A stretch of 64,000 nt of DNA from an uncultured Bacilli bacterium (GCA_934131175.1 CAKOZD010000002.1:66403-130402); one strand, 5' to 3'; positions 9,075 to 18,774 are shown, numbered from the stretch's first letter. Numbers and translations: made by a program. Notes: a model not told the origin generated them from the letters alone.

Positions 9075-9605
9075 ATGAAATTATTTATAGGATGTTCTTC
9101 ACATCCAGAGATAGATAAAAAGTACATTGAAGATGCTGATTTTATAAGTAAGGCATTGGCAGATTATGGCTATGATTTAATTATAGGCGGTATTTCAAAT
9201 GAAGGTATGTTTGGAAAAATACTAAATAACTTTAATGAGGCTCATAGAAATATAAAAATTTATACATTAAAATTATATGATGAAGATACTAGTCTATTTA
9301 ATGTAGATTGCACTTATGTAGAAAATACTTTTGAAAGAGAAGCAAGAATTTATAATGAAGCTTCTAAAGTACTTATTCTTCCTGGTGGTACCGGGAGTTT
9401 GGCTGAGTTATTCAGCATGTTAGAGGATAATCGTACAATTAAAAGTACAAAAGAGATAATTATCTATAATCAAGATGGATATTATTATGATTTGATTAAG
9501 TTTATTACAAAACTTATAAAAGAAAAGTTTAATGATCATTCTATTTTGAATTATATAAAAATATTTAATGAGAAAGAAGATTTAATAAAATATTTGGAGG
9601 TTTAA
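9075..9605 (+). CDS. LOG-family protein (TIGR00730, cytokinin riboside 5'-monophosphate phosphoribohydrolase-like)
   Basis: PGGTGSLAELF motif and Rossmann-like fold signature. SD GAAGGTGA. Its stop lies 3 nt before the glyQS start. Confidence 0.7.
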   Translation: MKLFIGCSSHPEIDKKYIEDADFISKALADYGYDLIIGGISNEGMFGKILNNFNEAHRNIKIYTLKLYDEDTSLFNVDCTYVENTFEREARIYNEASKVLILPGGTGSLAELFSMLEDNRTIKSTKEIIIYNQDGYYYDLIKFITKLIKEKFNDHSILNYIKIFNEKEDLIKYLEV

Positions 9606-9608
9606 TAT

Positions 9609-10982
9609 ATGGCAGAATTAACAATGGAAAAATTAGTAAATTATTGTAAACAATATGGATTTATATTCCAAGGAAGTGAAATATATGGAGGTCTTGCTAA
9701 TACATGGGATTATGGTCCATTAGGTTCAAGACTTAAAAATAGTATTAAGGATTCTTGGAGAAAAAGATTTATTCAAGAAAGACCTAATGCATATGAAGTA
9801 GATGCAGCAATTTTAATGCATCCAAGAGTTTGGGAAGCAAGTGGTCATGTTGGAAGTTTCTCTGATCCACTAATTGATTGTAAGAGTTGTAAAACAAGAC
9901 ATAGAGCAGATAATTTAATAGATGACTTTGATGAGAATGCTCATGCTGATGGAATGAGTCAAGAAGAAATGATGGACTATATTAGAGAACATAAAGTTCC
10001 ATGTCCAAAGTGTGGTAAGAGTGATTATACTGATATTAGACAATTTAATTTAATGTTTGAAACTCATAGAGGGGTTACTGAAGATGGTAAAAACAAAGTT
10101 TATTTAAGACCTGAAAATGCACAAGGAGAGTATGTTAACTTTTTAAATGTACAAAGAACTATGCGTGCTAAGTTACCATTTAGTATAGGACAAATTGGTA
10201 AAGCATTTAGAAATGAAATTACACCTGGAAACTTTACTTTTAGAACAATTGAATTTGAACAAATGGAATATCAAACTTTCTGTCGTGAGGGAACAGATAG
10301 TGAACTTTATGCATATTTTAAAGATTATGCTAAGAAGTATTTTATGGATTTAGGAATTAGTGAAGATAAATTAAGATTCCATGATCATGAAAAATTAGCT
10401 CATTACGCTAAAGAAGCATGTGATATTGAATATAAGTTCTCATTTGGATGGGGAGAAATTAATGGTACTCATAATAGAACTGATTATGATTTAGGAAGAC
10501 ATCAAGAGTATTCTGGTAATTCTCAAGAATATTTAGACCCAGAAACTAATGAAAAATTTATTCCATATATAATTGAATCTACTGTTGGATGTGATAGATT
10601 AACTCTTGCTATTTTAGATAATAGTTATACTGAGGAGACACTTGAGAACGGAGATACTCGTGAAGTTATGAAGTTTATTCCATATCTTGCTCCATATAAA
10701 GTATGTGTATTGCCTCTTGCTAAGAAATATCATAGTGAAAAGGCTGCAGAAATTTACAATATGTTAAGTAAAAACTTTATGACTAGTTATGATGAATCTG
10801 GTAGTATTGGTAAGAGATATAGAAGAGCAGATGCTTGTGGTACACCATGGTGTTTAACGGTTGATGATGAAACTATTAACAATGGTACAGTTACTTTAAG
10901 AGATAGAGATACTATGGAACAAATTACTTTAAAAGTTGATGAAGTAGTTGACTATGTAAATGAAAGAATTAAATTTCAATAA
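9609..10982 (+). CDS. glyQS: glycine--tRNA ligase, single-chain alpha2 type
   Basis: Class II aaRS motifs, 457 aa. N-terminal MAELTMEKLVNYCKQYGFIFQGSEIYGG..WDYGPLG is characteristic of bacterial/archaeal GlyQS. Confidence 0.85.
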   Translation: MAELTMEKLVNYCKQYGFIFQGSEIYGGLANTWDYGPLGSRLKNSIKDSWRKRFIQERPNAYEVDAAILMHPRVWEASGHVGSFSDPLIDCKSCKTRHRADNLIDDFDENAHADGMSQEEMMDYIREHKVPCPKCGKSDYTDIRQFNLMFETHRGVTEDGKNKVYLRPENAQGEYVNFLNVQRTMRAKLPFSIGQIGKAFRNEITPGNFTFRTIEFEQMEYQTFCREGTDSELYAYFKDYAKKYFMDLGISEDKLRFHDHEKLAHYAKEACDIEYKFSFGWGEINGTHNRTDYDLGRHQEYSGNSQEYLDPETNEKFIPYIIESTVGCDRLTLAILDNSYTEETLENGDTREVMKFIPYLAPYKVCVLPLAKKYHSEKAAEIYNMLSKNFMTSYDESGSIGKRYRRADACGTPWCLTVDDETINNGTVTLRDRDTMEQITLKVDEVVDYVNERIKFQ

Positions 10983-11041
10983 AAATTAGGAAAGTCGTTG
11001 ATTTTCCTTTTTTCTTTTTTTATACTATTTTTGGTGATTTT

Positions 11042-11728
11042 ATGGCAGTAATTGGAATTCCACTTAGATATAATAGGTTAGAAGACGGAAGATGTATTTT
11101 ATATTTAAGTGAAAGATTAAGAAGAACTATTCAAAAAGCAGGTGGTTTTGTTTTACCAATAGTTCAAGTACAAGATTATGATTATATGGATACTAGATAT
11201 AATGAGTTTTCTCCTTTAACTGATAAAGAAAAGGAAAATATTGAGAAGTATTTAGATATGGTAGATGGAGTAATATTTCCTGGTGGATTTAAAATAACTC
11301 CGTTTGATAAATATCTACTTGAAAGATGTATTGAAAAGGATAAAAAGGTTCTTGGAATATGTTTAGGTATGCAACTTATGAGTTGTTATAAGGAAGACTT
11401 TAAGGTTTATAAGAATGATACAGATATAAATCATTATCAAGAAGACGATAAAGGTTTTACTCATACAGTTAAAATTTTAAAGAATTCTAAACTGTATGAT
11501 ATCTTAGGTAAAGAGGAAGTACTTGTTAATAGTTTTCATAATTATCATGTAAGTGTTGATAATGATTATAGTGTTGTTGCTACTAGTAGTGATGGTTTTA
11601 TTGAAGGAATTGAACTTTCTTCTTCTACATTTAATGTAGGTATTCAGTGGCATCCTGAGATCAGTTATGATTTTGATGAAGATTCTCGTAAGATAATTGA
11701 TTATTTTATTAATATATGTAATGAATGA
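11042..11728 (+). CDS. class I glutamine amidotransferase-like peptidase C26 (gamma-glutamyl hydrolase family)
   Basis: GICLGMQLM nucleophile-Cys elbow and QWHPE His motif. Confidence 0.65.
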   Translation: MAVIGIPLRYNRLEDGRCILYLSERLRRTIQKAGGFVLPIVQVQDYDYMDTRYNEFSPLTDKEKENIEKYLDMVDGVIFPGGFKITPFDKYLLERCIEKDKKVLGICLGMQLMSCYKEDFKVYKNDTDINHYQEDDKGFTHTVKILKNSKLYDILGKEEVLVNSFHNYHVSVDNDYSVVATSSDGFIEGIELSSSTFNVGIQWHPEISYDFDEDSRKIIDYFINICNE

Positions 11729-11804
11729 TATAAAATATTATTATGACTAATGGCATTTTATAAACTATATATTTATGATATTATATATATTCGGAGGGAT
11801 ATAT

Positions 11805-12437
11805 ATGAAAAAATTACGTGTAACTTTGACTAGTTTAGGTGTTGCTGCTGGTATATTAGTTGGAGGATATACTATAGTTAATCGTTTACCTGTAAATGGT
11901 CTTTCTGTAGGAAATCCTATTACAAATGATGATATCAAAACATATTCAGTTACAGATACTACATATGATACATTAGGAGGAGAACCAACTGTTACTGAAA
12001 GATATGAAAGTATAAAAGGAATAAATAATAGAATTAAATATGATTCTTATACTCCAACTCATAAGACAACAAATAGCGATGGAAAAGATAAGTATTCTCG
12101 TCAACATACTACTTTCACTTTAGATGATTTAACAGATGATGAGATTAATGCTTATATTAGTGAATTTACTAATAATGGTGGAAATGTTTATGCTGTAAAT
12201 ACTGAAAATGAAAAAGTAGAAGAAACAGAAGAAAAAGGAAATTACTCATCTTTAGTTGTAAGTCGTGTTAACTATGATAAGTCTCAAACAATTAAACAAA
12301 GTGATGAAGATAATGCTAAAGACAGAAGATTTGCAGCCGTTTTAGGATTAGCAGCTTTTAATGGAGCTGCAGCTACTTATGTTGGTTTATCAAGACCTAA
12401 AGTTAAAGTTAAAAAGAATGATTCTGAAAATAAATAG
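11805..12437 (+). CDS. hypothetical membrane/secreted protein
   Basis: ATG at 11805 with a GGAGGGA SD. N-terminal TM helix and a C-terminal hydrophobic segment. No recognisable domain. Confidence 0.4.
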   Translation: MKKLRVTLTSLGVAAGILVGGYTIVNRLPVNGLSVGNPITNDDIKTYSVTDTTYDTLGGEPTVTERYESIKGINNRIKYDSYTPTHKTTNSDGKDKYSRQHTTFTLDDLTDDEINAYISEFTNNGGNVYAVNTENEKVEETEEKGNYSSLVVSRVNYDKSQTIKQSDEDNAKDRRFAAVLGLAAFNGAAATYVGLSRPKVKVKKNDSENK

Positions 12438-12540
12438 TATATATTAATTAAATAGGAAAATATTTTAATAAAAAACATTAAATAATGTTTATAATGCATA
12501 AATACAAATTATGAATTATAACTATAAATTTAAAAAAATG

Positions 12541-12569
12541 TTGACAAATAAGGACTAGATGCATATAAT
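12541..12569 (+). promoter_or_regulatory. consensus sigma-70 promoter of the infC-rpmI-rplT operon
   Basis: TTGACA, 17-nt spacer, TATAAT. Confidence 0.55.
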
Positions 12570-12711
12570 ATTACTAGTCGAGAAAAAAAGGAAAGAGATT
12601 TATATCCACCTGATCAGCGAATAGCGATAGGTTAAAAGCCAAATATATAATGAAGTTTACTTTATTATGTGTCTTAGCGGATATAAATTTTATATCTGCT
12701 TTTCTTATTTT
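12570..12711 (+). ncRNA. infC-rpmI-rplT leader, probably an L20-responsive attenuator (ribosomal protein leader)
   Basis: 142-nt 5' UTR ending in GCGGATATAAATTTTATATCTGC hairpin plus TTTTCTTATTTT, placed as in the Firmicutes L20-leader. Confidence 0.4.
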
Positions 12712-13257
12712 ATGGAGGTGTTAGGTATCGCAAAGAATAATGATAACATGTTGATTAATGATCAAATCAAAGCTCGTGAAGTTCTTGTTATTGGTCCAAA
12801 TGGAGAACAAGTTGGAGTTAAACCTATTCAAGATGCTCGTACTTTAGCAAGCTACGCATCACTTGATTTAGTTTTAATTAGTCCAAATGCAAATCCACCT
12901 GTTTGTAAAGTAATGGATTATAATAAGTTCCGTTATGAAAAACAAAAGAAAGCAAAGGAAGCTTTAAAGAAACAAAAGGCTAATATGTCTGAACTTAAAG
13001 AGTATCGTTTATCACCTGTTATTGATGTTGGGGATTTTGAAACTAAACTTAGAAATGCAACAAAGTATCTAGAAAAAGGGGATAGAATAAAGCTTACTAT
13101 AAGATTCAAAGGTCGCCAAATGGCACATACTGAACTTGGTAAGGAGGTTCTTGAACGTTTTGCCGACAGAGTAAAGGATTACGCAGATATAGAACAAAAA
13201 CCTAAGTTAGATGGTAGAACAATGACTATGTTATTAGTACCAAAAAAAGACAAATAA
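12712..13257 (+). CDS. infC: translation initiation factor IF-3 (exact start uncertain, possibly non-AUG)
   Basis: INDQIKAREVLVIGPNGEQVGV...LDLVLISPNANPPVCKVMDY IF-3 N- and C-domain signatures. A GGAGGTG SD at 12714-12720 sits 6 nt before an in-frame ATC (12727). The in-frame ATG at 12712 lacks an SD. ATG 12748 is another option. Confidence 0.8.
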   Translation: MEVLGIAKNNDNMLINDQIKAREVLVIGPNGEQVGVKPIQDARTLASYASLDLVLISPNANPPVCKVMDYNKFRYEKQKKAKEALKKQKANMSELKEYRLSPVIDVGDFETKLRNATKYLEKGDRIKLTIRFKGRQMAHTELGKEVLERFADRVKDYADIEQKPKLDGRTMTMLLVPKKDK

Positions 13258-13276
13258 TTAGTAGGAGGAAAAATTT

Positions 13277-13462
13277 ATGCCAAAGATTAAAACACATAAA
13301 GGAACAGCTAAAGTAGTTACAAAACGTAAAAATGATATTAAAATTGGAAAACCAGGAAGTAGACATAATACTGGAAGTAAAAATGCTAACTTTAATAGAG
13401 GATGCAGAAATGGATCTAACTTAAGCAAGGCAGATCAAAATAGATTAAAGAATATTATCTAA
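13277..13462 (+). CDS. rpmI: 50S ribosomal protein L35
   Basis: MPKIKTHKG..RHNTG, 61 aa, between infC and rplT. SD AGGAGGA. Confidence 0.75.
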   Translation: MPKIKTHKGTAKVVTKRKNDIKIGKPGSRHNTGSKNANFNRGCRNGSNLSKADQNRLKNII

Positions 13463-13489
13463 TCTATATATTAAGAAGGAGGAAGAAAC

Positions 13490-14065
13490 ATGGCAAGAGT
13501 TAAAAATGGAGCAGTTACAAAAGCTCGTCATAAAAAAGTATTAAAACAAGCTAAGGGTTACTTTGGAAGTAAACATAGATTATATAAAACAGCTAAAGAA
13601 CAATTAATGCATTCAGGACAATATGCATTTAGAGATAGAAAGCAAAAGAAAAGAGATTTCAGAAAGTTATGGATTACAAGAATCAATGCTGCTTGTAGAC
13701 AAAATGATATTTCTTACTCAAGATTTATTGAAGGATTAACAAAAGCAGGTGTTGAAATCAACCGTAAAATGTTATCTGAAATAGCAATCAATGATTCAAA
13801 AGCATTTACTGATTTAGTTAAAATTGCTAAAGATGGTAAAGCTGGTAAATTAACTCCAGCTACTGAAGTAGAAGGTGTTGAAGTTACTGTTGGAGGAGCT
13901 ACAAAGGCTGCTAAGAAAGAAACTAAAAAAGAAACTAAGAAGGAAGAAGCTGCAGTAGATTATTCTAAAATGACAGTTGCTGAATTAAAAGAAGTAGCTG
14001 CAGAAAAGAATATTAGTGTTGCAGGAATGAAGAAAGCTGAAATTATCGAAGCTTTATCTAAATAA
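13490..14065 (+). CDS. rplT: 50S ribosomal protein L20 with about 70-aa C-terminal extension (K/E/A linker plus Rho_N/SAP-like motif)
   Basis: Residues 1-118 ([19 protein letters not shown]...VKIAKDG) match canonical L20. [12 protein letters not shown] linker follows, then [31 protein letters not shown]. Confidence 0.85.
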   Translation: MARVKNGAVTKARHKKVLKQAKGYFGSKHRLYKTAKEQLMHSGQYAFRDRKQKKRDFRKLWITRINAACRQNDISYSRFIEGLTKAGVEINRKMLSEIAINDSKAFTDLVKIAKDGKAGKLTPATEVEGVEVTVGGATKAAKKETKKETKKEEAAVDYSKMTVAELKEVAAEKNISVAGMKKAEIIEALSK

Positions 14066-14159
14066 AAATAAACATATTAGTGAATTTATTTATCTAGTGC
14101 CTAATTGGTGATAAGTTTTTGAAACTAATAGAAGAAAAATAACGAAGGAGAATTAAATT

Positions 14160-15071
14160 ATGACTGTTGTATCAATGAATTATTTATTAGAAGCAGGTGT
14201 TCAATTTGGACACCAAAAGAGAAGATGGAATCCAAAAATGAAGGAATATATCTTCACTACAAGAGATGATATTTATATTATCGATTTACAAAAAACTGTT
14301 AAGAAGTTAGAAGAAGCATATAATGCTATGAAAGAAATCGCTGCTAATGGTGGAAAAGTTTTATATGTTGGAACTAAGAAACAAGCTCAAGAAGCAGCTG
14401 AAGAATGTGCTACTAGAACTGGTATGTACTTTGTAAATGAAAGATGGTTAGGTGGAACATTAACTAACTTCAAGACAATCCGTTCAAGAATTAGAAGAAT
14501 GGAAGAAATTGAAAAAATGGAAACTGATGGTACTTTTGAAGCATTACCTAAAAAAGAAGTTATCCAAATCAAAAAAGAATATGAAAAATTAAATAAAAAC
14601 TTAAGAGGAATTCGTGAAATGAAGAGATTACCACAAGCTATGGTAATTGTTGATCCTCGTAAAGAAGATATTGCTATTAAGGAAGCAAGAATTTTAGGAA
14701 TCCCAGTATTTGGTATCGTAGATACTAACTGTGATCCAGATATGGTAGATTATGTTATTCCTGGTAATGATGATGCTGTTCGTTCAGTTAAGTTATTAAT
14801 CGGAGTACTTACTAATGCTATAGCTGAAGCTAATGGAAATGAAGTTATTGATTTTGTTTCAGAAGATGACAAAGCAAAAGCTGAAAAGAGAGCACAAAAA
14901 AAAGAAGCAGCTAAGACTTCAGAAGTAAAAGAAGAAAAAGCAGAAGAAAAAGTTACTGAAGATTTATCAGCATTAACTCTTTCAGAATTAAAAGATAGAG
15001 CAAAAGAAGCTGGAGTAAAAGGTTATTCTGCAATGAAAAAACAAGATTTAGTTGAAGCTTTAACTAAATAA
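14160..15071 (+). CDS. rpsB: 30S ribosomal protein S2 with about 60-aa C-terminal extension (K/E-rich linker plus Rho_N/SAP-like motif)
   Basis: [27 protein letters not shown] canonical S2 core. The tail ends [32 protein letters not shown]. Confidence 0.85.
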   Translation: MTVVSMNYLLEAGVQFGHQKRRWNPKMKEYIFTTRDDIYIIDLQKTVKKLEEAYNAMKEIAANGGKVLYVGTKKQAQEAAEECATRTGMYFVNERWLGGTLTNFKTIRSRIRRMEEIEKMETDGTFEALPKKEVIQIKKEYEKLNKNLRGIREMKRLPQAMVIVDPRKEDIAIKEARILGIPVFGIVDTNCDPDMVDYVIPGNDDAVRSVKLLIGVLTNAIAEANGNEVIDFVSEDDKAKAEKRAQKKEAAKTSEVKEEKAEEKVTEDLSALTLSELKDRAKEAGVKGYSAMKKQDLVEALTK

Positions 15072-15085
15072 TAAAGTTTACTTTT

Positions 15086-15117
15086 AAAGGAGTGTTGCTT
15101 AATACTCCTTTTTTTGT
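15086..15117 (+). terminator. rho-independent terminator after rpsB
   Basis: AAAGGAGTG-TTGCTTAAT-ACTCCTTT hairpin followed by a T-run. Confidence 0.55.
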
Positions 15118-15188
15118 AGATTTTTCTTTGGAATTTTAAAAAAATATTATATAATATGATTAGTTGATTTAAATAAGGAGGAAAATAT

Positions 15189-16076
15189 ATGTACACTGTA
15201 AGTGATGTAAAAGAATTAAGAGAAAAAACAGGTGCTGGAATGATGGATTGTAAGAAAGCACTTGAAGCATGTGAAGGTAACATGGATAAGGCAGTTGACT
15301 GGTTAAGAGAAAAAGGAATTGCTAAGGCTGCTAAGAAAGAAAGTAGAATTGCTGCTGAAGGTTTATGTAAGATTAAAGTTGATGGTAATACAGCTGTTAT
15401 GGTTGAAGTTAACTCAGAAACTGATTTCGTTGCTAAGAATGCAGAATTTACTGGATTTGTAGATTACTTATTAGATGAAATCTTAAAGAATGATGTTAAG
15501 ACTAATGAAGATGTTTTAGCAATCAAAGATGGAGATGAAACTGTAAGTGATAAATTAGTTGCTTTAACTGCTAAAATTGGAGAAAAATTAAGTTTTAGAC
15601 GTTTTGAAAAGGTAACTAAAGCAGATGATGAAACATTTGGTACTTACATCCATTTAGGTGGTAAGATTGGTACTATTATTGTTGTAAAAGGTGCTAATGA
15701 AGAAGTTGCAAAAGATGTTGCTATGCAAGCTGCAGCAATGAGTCCAGTTGCATTAACTAGAGAAGGTGTTCCAGCTGAAATGGTTGAACATGAAAGAGAA
15801 GTAGTTACTGAACAAGTTAAGAATGAAGCTGCTGGTAAGCCAGAAAATATTATTGAAAAAATGGTTAATGGTAGAATTGATAAGTTCTATAAAGAAATCG
15901 TTTTAGAAGAACAAGCATTCATTAAGGAAAACAAGTTAACAGTTTCTAAATATGTAAGTGACAATGGTGGAGAAATCAAATCTATGGTTAGATTCGCTGT
16001 TGGAGAAGGAATTGAAAAGAGACAAGAAAACTTTGCAGATGAAGTTATGAGTCAAATTAATGATGCTGCTAAATAA
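15189..16076 (+). CDS. tsf: elongation factor Ts
   Basis: MYTVSDVKELREKTGAGMMDCKKAL... UBA-like N-terminal and dimerisation core, 295 aa. SD AAGGAGG. Confidence 0.85.
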   Translation: MYTVSDVKELREKTGAGMMDCKKALEACEGNMDKAVDWLREKGIAKAAKKESRIAAEGLCKIKVDGNTAVMVEVNSETDFVAKNAEFTGFVDYLLDEILKNDVKTNEDVLAIKDGDETVSDKLVALTAKIGEKLSFRRFEKVTKADDETFGTYIHLGGKIGTIIVVKGANEEVAKDVAMQAAAMSPVALTREGVPAEMVEHEREVVTEQVKNEAAGKPENIIEKMVNGRIDKFYKEIVLEEQAFIKENKLTVSKYVSDNGGEIKSMVRFAVGEGIEKRQENFADEVMSQINDAAK

Positions 16077-16097
16077 TATTTAGTAAGTAATTATAAT

Positions 16098-16127
16098 TAA
16101 CTAACGATTATCGTTAGTTTTTTCTTT
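16098..16127 (+). terminator. rho-independent terminator after tsf
   Basis: AACTAACGA-TTA-TCGTTAGTT hairpin plus TTTTCTTTC. Confidence 0.55.
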
Positions 16128-16144
16128 CTAATGAGGAGTAAGAG

Positions 16145-16285
16145 ATGAAAAGTGAAATTATAAAAGATGATAAAAATGATGATACTCGCATAATTTATAT
16201 AGATAGATTAGATTTAAAAAAGGTAGAAAAAGATACAATTAATATCGATAAAAAGATTGATGAAAATAAAGAAGATAAAAAGTAG
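16145..16285 (+). CDS. small ORF (46 aa, Lys/Asp-rich) with strong SD, absent from the ORF track
   Basis: GAGGAGTAAGAG precedes the ATG. Product is MKSEIIKDDKNDDTRIIYIDRLDLKKVEKDTINIDKKIDENKEDKK. Sits in the tsf-frr interval. Confidence 0.3.
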   Translation: MKSEIIKDDKNDDTRIIYIDRLDLKKVEKDTINIDKKIDENKEDKK

Positions 16286-16391
16286 TGTAAAAAAATTTGT
16301 AAAATAAAAAAATATTTTTATCTAATTTTATTTTTTCTTGAAATTTGACGTTTTTTTGGTATAATAAAGCGAGTAATAAGGGGATGATTTT

Positions 16392-17324
16392 ATGGCAAAA
16401 AAGAGTTCTAATAATGCAGTTAAAAAGCTTGATAAACAAATAAAAGATTTAGAAAGTTCAATAAAAGAAGAGAAGAGTGAAACTTTACCTGTTTTAGATA
16501 AGAAAAAAATAGAAGAAGAAATGAAGAAACCAGTTACTAAAAAAAGTAATAAAAAAGGTAAGTTTGAAAAGAAAGAAAATTCTAATAAACAAAAAAAGAA
16601 CAAAGAAAATAAAAAATCATCTAACATTAGAGAAGATATTATTGTAAACGATAAAAAGTATAAGAAGAAAATGAAGAATAATAGACCTATTAGGGATACT
16701 ATTGTAGCAGTTGATTCTAATAAGAAGAAAGTTGATAACACAAAGACCATTGATAAAGAAAAAATAAAAGAAAAATTAGAACTAGAAAAAGATGAAAAAG
16801 AAGATATTCAAGTAGAAGAAGGTCTTACAAGTGATGAGACAGTAAAATTAAAAAACATAGAAGAACAAATGAAGACTTTATATGATAGAGTAAATGATGT
16901 TGTAAATGATCTTGATTATGATGATTCTGGTGTTTTTGATATAGACCTTTTATCTGAAGAAATAGAAAAGAGTAATATAAATAATAATCAAAAGAAAAAG
17001 TATAAATTTAAAAATCTAAAGTTTAATAAAATAAATGAAAAGATTAGTGATATTGGTGGAGGAGCTATTAATAAAATAAGTGATATTAGTAGTGATGCTG
17101 TTAATAAGATAAGTTCTAAGTTAAATGTATCTAATGAAGTTTCTTTAAATAAAATAGGTGAGAAGATTACTGATGTTAGTAATGATACTTTTAATAAAAT
17201 AAATGAAAAAATAAATGAAGCAAACGATGATTCTTTAGGTAGAATTGCTTATTGGTTATTTTTGATTTTTATGGGATTATTTATATTATTTATAATATTT
17301 GTTATTTTCGTAAGCACTTTTTAG
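16392..17324 (+). CDS. Lys/Glu-rich coiled-coil protein with degenerate NKI(S/N) repeats and a C-terminal TM anchor (tail-anchored), occupying the position usually held by pyrH
   Basis: About 55% charged residues. Repeats ISDIGGGAINKISDISSDAVNKISSKLN..NKIGEKITDVSNDTFNKINEKINEA. C-terminal WLFLIFMGLFILFIIFVIFVSTF. Confidence 0.5.
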   Translation: MAKKSSNNAVKKLDKQIKDLESSIKEEKSETLPVLDKKKIEEEMKKPVTKKSNKKGKFEKKENSNKQKKNKENKKSSNIREDIIVNDKKYKKKMKNNRPIRDTIVAVDSNKKKVDNTKTIDKEKIKEKLELEKDEKEDIQVEEGLTSDETVKLKNIEEQMKTLYDRVNDVVNDLDYDDSGVFDIDLLSEEIEKSNINNNQKKKYKFKNLKFNKINEKISDIGGGAINKISDISSDAVNKISSKLNVSNEVSLNKIGEKITDVSNDTFNKINEKINEANDDSLGRIAYWLFLIFMGLFILFIIFVIFVSTF

Positions 17325-17385
17325 TGCTTTTTTCTTTATTTTATTTAGTTAATATAATATAATATTTGTAAGGAGAGATGAATTA

Positions 17386-17934
17386 ATGGATAGTGAAACT
17401 ATAATATTAGATATAACTGAAAAGATGGATAAGACTATTGAAAACTTAGAAAAAAGATTTACTACAGTTAGAGCTGGTAGAGCAAATCCTTCAAGTTTAG
17501 ATGGTGTTAGTGCAGAGTATTATGGAGTTTTAACACCACTTAAACAATTAGCAACTATTTCAGTACCTGAGGCTAGACAATTATTAATTAAGCCTTTTGA
17601 TAAACATTCTTTAGGAGCTATTGAAAAAGCAATTTTAGCATCAAATTTAGGATATAATCCAAGTAATGACGGAGAAACTATTAGAATAATTATTCCAGAA
17701 CTTACTGAAGAAAGAAGAAAAGAACTTGTAAAACAAGTAAAAGCAATTTCTGAAGATGCTAAAGTTTCAATTAGAAATATTAGACGTGATGGATTAGAAG
17801 ATGTTAAAAAAGCAGAAATGCCTGAAGATGAAGAAAAAGGTATGGAAAAAGATATCCAAGATTTAGTTAATGAATATAATAAAAAAGTAGAAGCAATTTT
17901 AAAGGAGAAAGAAGGAGAGTTACTTACTGTATAA
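17386..17934 (+). CDS. frr: ribosome recycling factor
   Basis: 182 aa. VRAGRANPSSLDGV...IRIIIPELTEERRKEL signature. Confidence 0.85.
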   Translation: MDSETIILDITEKMDKTIENLEKRFTTVRAGRANPSSLDGVSAEYYGVLTPLKQLATISVPEARQLLIKPFDKHSLGAIEKAILASNLGYNPSNDGETIRIIIPELTEERRKELVKQVKAISEDAKVSIRNIRRDGLEDVKKAEMPEDEEKGMEKDIQDLVNEYNKKVEAILKEKEGELLTV

Positions 17935-17955
17935 GTAATTCTTTTTTAGAGTATT

Positions 17956-18774
17956 ATGTTATTAGATGGTAAATTAGTTAGAAATAAATTATTAGAAAAC
18001 TTAGAAAACGAATTTAAAAATATTAAAACAACACTTGTAGTTATTCAAGTAGGGGATGACTTTGCAAGTAATAAGTATATTAAACAAAAAGAAAAGATGG
18101 CTAATCAATTAGGAGTTAATTTTAAATTAGAAAAGTTTGATAAGGCAACAACAGAAGAAGTTAATTCTGTAATTTCAAAATATAATGAAGATAAATCAGT
18201 TTCTGGAATAATTGTACAATTACCACTTCCAGATAATATTGATTATGAAAGTATAAGAAATAATATATCTCCAGTTAAAGATATAGATGGAGTTAATGAT
18301 ATTAATAGAATTAAGTTAGTTGATGGTAAGAGTGATGCTTTAATTCCATGTACTGCTTTAGGTATTATGAAGATATTTGATTTTTATAATATTTCTTTAG
18401 CAGGACGTGACGTTGTTATTATTGGTAGAAGTATACATATTGGAAAAGCACTATATAATTTACTTATTAATAGAGATGCAACTGTTACTATGTGTCACTC
18501 TAAGACTAGAGATTTAAAGAAGTATACAAAGCATGCAGATATTATTATTACTAGTGTTGGTAGGGCTAATTTTATTACTCAAGATATGGTTAGAAATAAT
18601 GTATGTTTAGTAGATGTTGGTTTTAATTATTATAATAATCAAATATGTGGAGATGTATCTCGTGAAGTAGTTAAATATAAATACTTAACACCAGTTCCTG
18701 GTGGGGTTGGTCAAATGACTGTTTATTCTATTTTTGAAAACCTATATAAGGCTTATAATTTACAGAATAAATAA
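17956..18774 (+). CDS. folD: bifunctional methylenetetrahydrofolate dehydrogenase/cyclohydrolase
   Basis: LDGK..., VVIIGRSIHIGKAL, PVPGGVGQMTV motifs. 272 aa. Confidence 0.85.
   Translation: MLLDGKLVRNKLLENLENEFKNIKTTLVVIQVGDDFASNKYIKQKEKMANQLGVNFKLEKFDKATTEEVNSVISKYNEDKSVSGIIVQLPLPDNIDYESIRNNISPVKDIDGVNDINRIKLVDGKSDALIPCTALGIMKIFDFYNISLAGRDVVIIGRSIHIGKALYNLLINRDATVTMCHSKTRDLKKYTKHADIIITSVGRANFITQDMVRNNVCLVDVGFNYYNNQICGDVSREVVKYKYLTPVPGGVGQMTVYSIFENLYKAYNLQNK

Noticed and set aside
14387-15283. Antisense ORFs 14387-14572(-) and 15023-15283(-) over rpsB and the rpsB-tsf spacer
   Set aside because: Opposite to highly conserved ribosomal protein coding sequence and to a terminator/promoter region.
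16239-16750. ORFs 16239-16439(-) and 16328-16750(-) overlapping the Lys-rich protein gene
   Set aside because: Phe/Leu-rich translations are the antisense signature of AAA/GAA-rich coding sequence. No independent support.
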